A DNA stretch of 64,000 nucleotides from Enterobacteria phage Ac3. Positions 58,197-64,000 of this stretch are shown in pieces; the first letter of the stretch is position 1; each line of letters begins with the position of its first letter. The notes under the pieces are model-generated. The model did not search any database and had not been told where the DNA came from. It worked only from the letters and a program-made list of their open reading frames with translations. The translations under genes were made by a program, and so were the position numbers. The stretch lies in sequence record OK040907; one strand, 5' to 3'.

Positions 58197-58583
58197 TTAT
58201 TCGAGGGAAAGAAGATACTTACTCTGGTAAAACATTCCAGTAATATCATCTATCGTGCTTTGAATGGCTGGAGGCATTTCTTTATAAATGCTGTTAGATT
58301 GGTCTAGTATGCGATCAATCATTTTAATTGTGTCGGTAGGAAGTTTACTGGCATCTGGAATTGAAGGTGTGTATTTTCTACCAGAATACCCCAAATATTG
58401 CTCACCAAATTTATCAATCAAATCTGGCAACTCGGAGAAAATAAAATCGTATGCTTTGTGTCTAGCATAACTTTTAGTTTCAAAATGTGCAGAATGAAAA
58501 TAAGCTTGTGCAGCCATTAATAAACCTAAGTATTCATCTGCCTTTGAAGGTTTTCCACTTTGTGAAAAGTCGCTGAATTTCAT
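58197..58583 (-). CDS. hypothetical protein in the rI.1 position
   Basis: 128-aa ORF overlapping rI stop. Confidence 0.5.
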
Positions 58584-58873
58584 TCAGTCTCCAATTTAAT
58601 GTTCATAATTCTAGCGTATGATTGTGCCATCTCCGCGCCTCGTTCTATACATTCAAAATCAGAAGAGCACGGGTCATTTTTATAGGTCGTTCTCATAAAA
58701 CTATAGAACTGTTCAGATGATTCTACGCTTTTATTTTCAAAAAGCATATAAACATGTCTAATACCAGATTCCATAAATTTATCAAAATGAGGATCGACAT
58801 TCGCTTCAATTGGTGGAGATAAAGCAAATGACAATCCTAGCATGGCAAAAAGTGCCGTTGCTTTTAAGGCCAT
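58580..58873 (-). CDS. rI: lysis inhibition regulator RI (antiholin)
   Basis: 97-aa ORF with signal peptide MALKATALFAMLGLSFALSPPIEA and periplasmic domain. Confidence 0.8.
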   Translation of the reverse strand: MALKATALFAMLGLSFALSPPIEANVDPHFDKFMESGIRHVYMLFENKSVESSEQFYSFMRTTYKNDPCSSDFECIERGAEMAQSYARIMNIKLETE

Positions 58874-58885
58874 AAAGGCCTCCTA

Positions 58886-59098
58886 TCATTTTTGTCCTGT
58901 ATTTACTTTATGCCGATGCACGGCCTTAACTTTATCAAGGTATTTTTCAAAATTTCGCAATCTAGTATAGTCTGCCGGAGATTGGTTGAGTGATACTTCT
59001 CGACGCAAAGCTGAAATGATATTTCCAACTTCCCTACGAATTTCATCTAATTGAAGCACAGTAAGATTGCGAAGTTGCTTTTCAGTTAATTGTAGCAT
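58886..59098 (-). CDS. small hypothetical protein
   Basis: 70-aa ORF. Confidence 0.45.
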
Positions 59099-59140
59099 AT
59101 ATACCCCTTTAGTTAGATAAACCTATTTATAACTTTTGCA

Positions 59141-59722
59141 CTAACCGAGCTTTTTAGTTAATTCATTCCAATGTTTTCTACACAAAGAAACATAAATTTC
59201 ATCACCAATACAGATTTGATTACCTTCTTTAACTGGTGTTCCATCTTCCATTAATCGAGCTGTCATAATCGCTTTTTTGCCGCAATGACAAACTGCCTTT
59301 AGTTCAATAAGTTTATCTGCAATCGCTAAAAGTTCTTTAGAACCTTCAAACAATTTTCCAGCGAAATCAGTCCTTAATCCATAAGCCATAACAGGAACAT
59401 TATATGTATCAACAATTCGGCTCAATTGATGCACTTGTTCAGTTTTTAAAAACTGAGCTTCATCTACAAATACACAATGAATATCTTTTTGTGCTTCAGC
59501 CCATTTATAGAACTCGAAAATATCCATATCATCTGTAATAATATTCGCTTCCTGTTTAATTCCAATGCGAGAAACAACTTCACAGACAGAATCGCGAGTA
59601 TCAATAGCAGGCTTAAGAACTAATACACTCATTCCACGTTCTTTATAATTATGTGCAGCAGTCAAAAGAGAAGCAGATTTTCCAGCATTCATTGCTGCAT
59701 AAGTAAAAATTAAACTCGCCAT
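59141..59722 (-). CDS. tk: thymidine kinase
   Basis: 193-aa ORF MASLIFTYAAMNAGKSASLL (P-loop) with C-terminal zinc knuckle. Confidence 0.9.
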   Translation of the reverse strand: MASLIFTYAAMNAGKSASLLTAAHNYKERGMSVLVLKPAIDTRDSVCEVVSRIGIKQEANIITDDMDIFEFYKWAEAQKDIHCVFVDEAQFLKTEQVHQLSRIVDTYNVPVMAYGLRTDFAGKLFEGSKELLAIADKLIELKAVCHCGKKAIMTARLMEDGTPVKEGNQICIGDEIYVSLCRKHWNELTKKLG

Positions 59723-59731
59723 ATCACCTTC

Positions 59732-59917
59732 TTAAAGCGTATTCACATAAGCTATTAATTCATTTTCTTTCTTATCAAACCGATCAGCAAATTCTTCCTG
59801 CTGTTCAGGAGATAGCGGGCCGTATTCATCATAAAAGGTGTTTGCTTCTGTATGCTCATCTAGAAGTTCATGGATAAGCTCAAACAATTTATCTTTTTGT
59901 TCTTTACTCAGACTCAT
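59732..59917 (-). CDS. small acidic hypothetical protein
   Basis: 61-aa ORF. Confidence 0.45.
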   Translation of the reverse strand: MSLSKEQKDKLFELIHELLDEHTEANTFYDEYGPLSPEQQEEFADRFDKKENELIAYVNTL

Positions 59918-60080
59918 ATATTAATTTCCAGGAGTTTTAAAATAATTCGCTTTTGCTTAAATATTTCCATAGTTAAATGACTAGTATCTTTTTGACCGAT
60001 TCCAATGGCAAAACCTTTATTAACAGCGAGTTCAATTAAATTATCAAGCTCACGTAACACTTCGTATTGTAACTCAAAAC
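59914..60080 (-). pseudogene. 5'-truncated remnant of a native gene
   Basis: native-composition ORF tail of about 55 codons with no start codon; its upstream boundary is the edge of the recoded island 60084-60963. Confidence 0.35.
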
Positions 60081-60083
60081 TAT

Positions 60084-60514
60084 TTATTTCGGTTTACCTT
60101 CCTTCACGAAGTCTGGGTACGGATAAAAGCCAGAGTAGAAACCTTCGCCTTTGTGGTTGATACAACCTTTGTTGGAACAATAGCACCAGTAATCGAAATC
60201 GCAAGCCATTTCGTCGTTGCACAGGGCGAAAACGACCGGCCATTTACATTTTTCACAGTGCGCGTTTTTCAGGATGGAAGTCTGGGATACCGCCAGGTGA
60301 CTTTCAGGCAGTATTCCTCCACATGCTGTTTGCGACCTTTCTTGTCGATGAAGGTGTATTCAACGAAGGTACCGATGTAATCTTTATCCACGTCGTGCGG
60401 AGAGTTGATCGGGCACTTAGTACGGCAGATGCGTTCCCACTGACGAATGATTACAGCCTTGTTTTTCGGGTCGAACGGGTGTGGATAATGTACTTTTACA
60501 GCAGCGGCTCCCAA
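60084..60514 (-). pseudogene. Cys-rich protein gene split across two reading frames; codon-optimised-looking
   Basis: frame A (TTG start in track) has protein-like sequence to about 60300; frame B continues with HCEKCKWPVVFALCNDEMACDFDYWCYCSNKGCINHKGEG... to a TAA at 60084-60086; no ATG. Confidence 0.4.
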
Positions 60515-60963
60515 TCAACGATTACGATTTCCAGTTTGGAAGAATAGGTGTCCAGGATACCTTCAATGATGTCCCAGTTGCCTTTACCGATGCCGGCGCC
60601 GATGCGCGGCATGTAGATGGTTGGTTTGATCAGTTTGTTTTCACCGAATTCGTTCAGCTCCAGCATACAATTCATCAGCGCAGAATATTCAAAGTTTGGG
60701 CCCGGCTGGAACTGAGTGTACAGGTTAAAACAGTACGCTTTGTGGGTGCGAAAGTACTTTTCATACACGGAGTAGCTACCCAGTTTAGTCACGTCGCCCC
60801 ATTCGGTCTGCAGCTTGTCAGCTTCCAGGATTTTCGGAAACGCTTTGGTCAGCTGACCGGCTACACCCGCTTTCATGGTATGGAAGCAGTTACAGCCGTG
60901 AGCGATGTTTTTACCTTCGGCAAACAGCGCTACGATATCGCCTTTGATGTATTTGACAATCAT
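60496..60963 (-). CDS. macro-domain protein (Poa1p-like ADP-ribose-1''-phosphate phosphatase family); codon-optimised-looking
   Basis: 155-aa ORF with IAHGCNCFHTMKAGVAGQL and YMPRIGAGIGKGNWD motifs resembling Poa1p; ATGA overlap with upstream native gene. Confidence 0.55.
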   Translation of the reverse strand: MIVKYIKGDIVALFAEGKNIAHGCNCFHTMKAGVAGQLTKAFPKILEADKLQTEWGDVTKLGSYSVYEKYFRTHKAYCFNLYTQFQPGPNFEYSALMNCMLELNEFGENKLIKPTIYMPRIGAGIGKGNWDIIEGILDTYSSKLEIVIVDWEPLL

Positions 60964-61301
60964 CTAGTACTCAATCCTCGATTATAAGAATCTACCAAAC
61001 GGTCAACCATTGAATGACAAGCGGCTTTATCTTTCTCCTCCGCAACTGAACATTCTAAAGTATTCCACTTTTTAGCATATCGTTTTAATAATGTATCGTT
61101 TTTGTATCTGCTTGATTTATCTCTTTCTCCGTCTTTGTATGCATATATTAATTTCTGTGCAAATTCAGCTTGGCATGCTTTATTTTTCCCACAATAATCT
61201 GCCGCAGTGCGGTTTACATACTCTCTAATTTCAGTATATGATGTATCTGCTAACGCAGAAAATGAAATTAATCCTATACATAAAACCAAAATTTTAGTCA
61301 T
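60960..61301 (-). CDS. secreted hypothetical protein
   Basis: 113-aa ORF with signal peptide MTKILVLCIGLISFSALA and four Cys. Confidence 0.5.
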   Translation of the reverse strand: MTKILVLCIGLISFSALADTSYTEIREYVNRTAADYCGKNKACQAEFAQKLIYAYKDGERDKSSRYKNDTLLKRYAKKWNTLECSVAEEKDKAACHSMVDRLVDSYNRGLSTR

Positions 61302-61839
61302 TTACTATTTCCAAAAGTTTATTATTTTTAAGGTAATTAGCCTTTTCTAGGACTTCAGAAGCATATTTAGAACCTGCTTTAACATTCCATCCCGAATTAT
61401 AAGAGGATATTGCTTTTCTTATATCGCCCTTATGTATATTTAACCAATAAGAAAGTTCAATGTACGCCCAGGAAGCTGAATTGGACCGTTTATTCAACAT
61501 TCTTTTTATTTCAGCATCGGTCATATTATAACCAAGTTCCTTAACTCTTGCTCGCATAGTAGGCAAATAATTTTGGAACATTCCATAAGCGTGATGCTTT
61601 GGTTTAGATTTTAAATTAACTCCGCCAGAGCTTTCTTGCCATAAAATAGCAGCCATTATATGACCTAATCCACTCTTGTGGATGTTTTTGTGTGTTTTAT
61701 ATTTTCCATCCTTAGAAAATTGTTCCCCGAATTGATACGCGTAACGCATGTTATCGAGTTGGACATTACTGAAAGTATGCTCGGAGCTATGTGCCATCAT
61801 TGAAATGGCCAATAGACCAGCGAGTAGTGCTTTTCTCAT
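61294..61839 (-). CDS. lytic transglycosylase-like protein (SLT domain)
   Basis: 181-aa ORF with signal peptide and WQESSGG...AYGMFQ motif. Confidence 0.6.
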   Translation of the reverse strand: MRKALLAGLLAISMMAHSSEHTFSNVQLDNMRYAYQFGEQFSKDGKYKTHKNIHKSGLGHIMAAILWQESSGGVNLKSKPKHHAYGMFQNYLPTMRARVKELGYNMTDAEIKRMLNKRSNSASWAYIELSYWLNIHKGDIRKAISSYNSGWNVKAGSKYASEVLEKANYLKNNKLLEIVND

Positions 61840-61846
61840 GCTTACC

Positions 61847-62308
61847 TCATTGAGTTTTAATTACTGCTTTAGAAGCCTTTCCTGGTAAACGACGACTGTT
61901 AATAATTGCCATCCTACATTGGAGTGACGGGTCTTTGAACTTCTCATTAGGTTTACAAACCGTAAATCCAAGCCAAAGATTTCCATCTGTGATTTCTAAA
62001 CGTCCAGGACGATATTCAACCCCATCAATAAAATCCTCGTCAATGTCAGGACGCGGAGGCATACTCAGAAATTCATTAACTTCTAAAACATGGTCTTTTA
62101 TTTTATGGAATAATTCAAAAACGTATGTCTCATCAATCTCCCGTTGAATTGCGCGATCAAGAAGATGCTGAGAATATTTTAGATGAAACGATGAGACCCC
62201 TGCTGCTTTTGATGCCTCACGAATCTCATTGTTAATTTGACGAAACTCCGACTCAAAGTGACGACGAAGCTTATTTCGACGGATAAAAACTTCTGTATTG
62301 ATAGTCAT
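61847..62308 (-). CDS. regB: sequence-specific endoribonuclease RegB
   Basis: 153-aa ORF MTINTEVFIRRNKLRRHFESEFRQ...; promoter 62335-62364 upstream. Confidence 0.85.
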   Translation of the reverse strand: MTINTEVFIRRNKLRRHFESEFRQINNEIREASKAAGVSSFHLKYSQHLLDRAIQREIDETYVFELFHKIKDHVLEVNEFLSMPPRPDIDEDFIDGVEYRPGRLEITDGNLWLGFTVCKPNEKFKDPSLQCRMAIINSRRLPGKASKAVIKTQ

Positions 62309-62334
62309 GTTATTCTCCTCTTAACTGATAGAAA

Positions 62335-62364
62335 AATTATACCACAGTCAAGAGGAAAAGTAAA
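62335..62364 (-). promoter_or_regulatory. early promoter (GTTTAC - 18 nt - TATAAT)
   Basis: plus attata 62335-62340, gtaaac 62359-62364. Confidence 0.55.
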
Positions 62365-62367
62365 CAG

Positions 62368-62688
62368 TTATTCTTTAAATCTAATCAATTTATTCATAGA
62401 CTTTGAAACTTCTGCACGAACCTCATGTAAGTTTTTAAGCTGTTCAAGACGCTGCGTATAGTAAGCAATTTCATCTTCTTCGAGACAGTCCTGTGAATCT
62501 TCTTTAAGATAACGCGCATAGTCCTGGAAAGCTTTACGGACTACTTCCTGGAAGTCATCAAGACTTTGAATTTTCTTAGGAGCGGCAGATACACGACGAG
62601 GTGCAGTATAATACTCATAACCAAACCCTGCGCTTAATTGAGCCATTAGTATTTTTCCTCTGGTTGGAACACTGCGCGACAAGCCCAC
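62368..62688 (-). CDS. hypothetical protein
   Basis: 106-aa ORF. Confidence 0.5.
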   Translation of the reverse strand: MGLSRSVPTRGKILMAQLSAGFGYEYYTAPRRVSAAPKKIQSLDDFQEVVRKAFQDYARYLKEDSQDCLEEDEIAYYTQRLEQLKNLHEVRAEVSKSMNKLIRFKE

Positions 62689-62963
62689 ATACTAGCTTCT
62701 TTGAGTTTAGACTTGGCCTTTTGAATGCAGTCAATAGAATTCATAGCTTCATCTAACTTAGAGTCTGACACTTCTTCATTTCCACCTAATGTGCTGTAGA
62801 TTTCAATATACTCGTCTTCTAAAGCCTTTAAAATAAGTCCTAAACGAACTTCAGCGTCTTTGATAGCATTCACTTTACCGATTTTCTCTTCAGTATGCGG
62901 CTTATAACCTTTAATGTCTTCAATCATATTTGACTTCCTCACCAGTACATAAATCATATTCAA
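62646..62963 (-). CDS. hypothetical protein
   Basis: 105-aa ORF. Confidence 0.5.
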   Translation of the reverse strand: MNMIYVLVRKSNMIEDIKGYKPHTEEKIGKVNAIKDAEVRLGLILKALEDEYIEIYSTLGGNEEVSDSKLDEAMNSIDCIQKAKSKLKEASMWACRAVFQPEEKY

Positions 62964-63141
62964 CTAAACGAATAGGTTCATGAATGCCATATCCTTGAAC
63001 AGAAATTTCTGTCGTAGGATAAATTCCATCAATATCACCCATATTCCAGGCTTCATTAAATTGCTGTTCGCCTGAATTACTAAACCACTCGGCGAAAGCA
63101 TTTAGCACATCTTTAGAACCTTCAATAATTATCTTTGCCAT
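62920..63141 (-). CDS. small hypothetical protein
   Basis: 73-aa ORF. Confidence 0.45.
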   Translation of the reverse strand: MAKIIIEGSKDVLNAFAEWFSNSGEQQFNEAWNMGDIDGIYPTTEISVQGYGIHEPIRLVEYDLCTGEEVKYD

Positions 63142-63503
63142 TACAAACTCTCAGTAAAGGTACGAGCGATAACGTCGCGCTGCTGTTCCGGAGTCAGAGA
63201 GTTAAAGCGAACTGCATAACCGGATACACGGATGGTCAGCTGCGGATATTTTTCCGGATGCTTAACTGCATCTTCCAGAGTTTCACGACGCAGAACGTTA
63301 ACGTTCAGGTGTTGACCACCTTCAATTTTAACTGTAGGTTGTGTTTCAATTTCAATTTCACGGGCATGCAAACCGTAGAAAATTTCTGGGTCTACAAAAG
63401 AGTCCTCTTTAAAGGTTTTAGAGACAATAATTCGTGCTTGAATACCATCTTCAAAATAAATAGTACCTTTATGTGTGCCTTCAAGAATTTGATATGCTTT
63501 CAT
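63141..63503 (-). CDS. autonomous glycyl radical cofactor (GrcA/YfiD-like)
   Basis: 120-aa ORF; C-terminal [61 protein letters not shown] matches E. coli GrcA from memory, with E. coli-like codons; N-terminal half is AT-rich. Confidence 0.75.
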   Translation of the reverse strand: MKAYQILEGTHKGTIYFEDGIQARIIVSKTFKEDSFVDPEIFYGLHAREIEIETQPTVKIEGGQHLNVNVLRRETLEDAVKHPEKYPQLTIRVSGYAVRFNSLTPEQQRDVIARTFTESL

Positions 63504-63510
63504 ATAAACC

Positions 63511-63840
63511 TCAATTAGAAAATAAATTTATCCAAGATTGTTCTTTAATTAAAAATGGCTCAGAATCATATGCCATTAAACTTTGGGTGATTAGTCCTTT
63601 AAAAGGTCCATCAATAAATTCCATGGTAAAATATGGAATTTTATTCATTAACTGCGCGTTAGGAGCAGTGCACAAAACTCTGCATCCTTTGAATACGCCT
63701 TTTTGTAATTTGTATTGCTTGGGATAAAATTCGCTCAAAATGTTATTATTTGCCAAAATTTCAAAATGATTCACCAATTTATTTTTAATAGTTTTTGGCG
63801 AAAAATAAAGATATTCGAAAAGCTGTGTGTCTGTCATCAT
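63511..63840 (-). CDS. hypothetical protein
   Basis: 109-aa ORF. Confidence 0.5.
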   Translation of the reverse strand: MMTDTQLFEYLYFSPKTIKNKLVNHFEILANNNILSEFYPKQYKLQKGVFKGCRVLCTAPNAQLMNKIPYFTMEFIDGPFKGLITQSLMAYDSEPFLIKEQSWINLFSN

Positions 63841-64000
63841 TGCATTCCAATCACAAAAAATTGAGGACGAACTGTTTCACCTGTTTCAGCATTATAGCTT
63901 CGACAACAGTGTTGTACCGTTTTAATATGGATATTGTAAATCTTATCCATATCAGGAGCTTTAATAGGTTCGTCAATTATGTACAAGATACGAGAAAGCG
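63835..64000 (-). CDS. hypothetical protein, C-terminal fragment (5' end beyond window)
   Basis: open frame to window edge ending ...[10 protein letters not shown]; ATGA overlap with next gene. Confidence 0.35.

Noticed and set aside
60481-60987. 168-aa plus-strand ORF
   Set aside because: Antisense shadow of the recoded macro-domain gene.
1-64000. CRISPR arrays, tRNA or rRNA genes, integrase/attachment sites
   Set aside because: No direct-repeat/spacer arrays, cloverleaf-like tRNA candidates or integrase-like ORFs were seen; the window looks like a strictly lytic T-even early region.

Overview
The window is a contiguous piece of a T4-like (T-even, Tevenvirinae) myovirus genome covering the early/middle gene region from rIIA to just past regB. 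Almost every gene is on the minus strand and tightly packed, with ATGA/TAATG stop-start overlaps. Recognised core genes, in order: rIIA, a fused topoisomerase II large subunit (no split gene 39/60), dexA, dda, modA, modB, soc, 56, 61, sp, dmd, 41, uvsX, a glycosyltransferase in the beta-gt slot, 42, imm, 43, regA, 62, 44, 45, rpbA, 46, 47, alpha-gt, 55, nrdH-like, nrdG, an intron-less nrdD, 49, nrdC, rI, tk, regB and a GrcA-like glycyl-radical protein. There are fourteen early promoters of the GTTTAC-18nt-TATAAT type, one late promoter (TATAAATA) before soc, and fourteen intergenic hairpins, most with UUCG tetraloops on the transcribed strand. The main anomaly is a set of discrete codon-usage islands that look E. 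coli codon-optimised inside an AT-rich backbone, with boundaries at CDS edges. They comprise gene 46 with two flanking HNH endonuclease genes, a nucleotidyltransferase plus 2-TM protein pair, a macro-domain cassette that truncates a native gene, and three small genes. The nucleotidyltransferase/2-TM pair and the macro cassette are the best candidates for an undescribed accessory system, but all functional calls rest on motif recognition from memory, not on searches. No CRISPR array, tRNA or rRNA was found.
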